DNA of 38,351 nt from a bacterium (lineage in GTDB: Bacteria; CALINM01), in assembly GCA_041640455.1 (NCBI GenBank), contig JBEQAF010000010.1, positions 1-38,351 on the forward strand, given 5' to 3'. Positions within the stretch are counted from its first letter, which is position 1. Each line of letters starts with the position of its first letter. A program made the position numbers and the translations under genes. The notes below the pieces were generated by a model, which was given only the letters and a program-made list of their open reading frames with translations, was not told where the DNA came from and did no database searches. This document shows positions 38,351 to 38,351 of this stretch, piece after piece.

Positions 38351-38351
38351 A

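Overview
A gene-dense, AT-rich, mostly housekeeping chromosomal window with about 33 CDS. It most likely comes from an anaerobic Desulfobacterota/deltaproteobacterium-like diderm; this is inferred from the gene orders ilvC-psd-pssA-leuA, recA-pilT-recX-alaS and leuS-lptE/rpsT-murJ. I found no tRNA/rRNA, CRISPR array, transposase, integrase or phage gene. From left to right: leuA (partial), pssA, psd, ilvC, mscS, a TPR/gluzincin peptidase, a PpiD/SurA chaperone, and a Zn-ribbon-receiver protein. Then a ~10 kb minus-strand run: TPR protein, cyclophilin, radical SAM, recA, pilT-like, recX, alaS, class 3 asparaginase-like, bactofilin, menG/ubiE. Then leuS-lptE, rpsT, murJ-ogt, a REC-GAF-GGDEF cyclase coupled to a CoA-disulfide reductase-rhodanese and a hypothetical gene, an AcsE-like pterin-binding protein behind lon, a 1357-aa double activase/dehydratase fusion, a CDP-alcohol phosphatidyltransferase, icd, and a Re-citrate-synthase-like enzyme with a C-terminal Cache domain (partial). 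Best leads: (1) the cytoplasmic Cache sensor domain fused to the Re-citrate synthase; (2) a structured, possibly sigma54-driven small RNA between ilvC and mscS; (3) several promoters ending 5-7 nt before Shine-Dalgarno-less ATGs (candidate leaderless mRNAs); (4) a TFIIB-like Zn-ribbon-REC orphan regulator; (5) a c-di-GMP/persulfide-reductase operon. None of these is demonstrably a new system from sequence alone.
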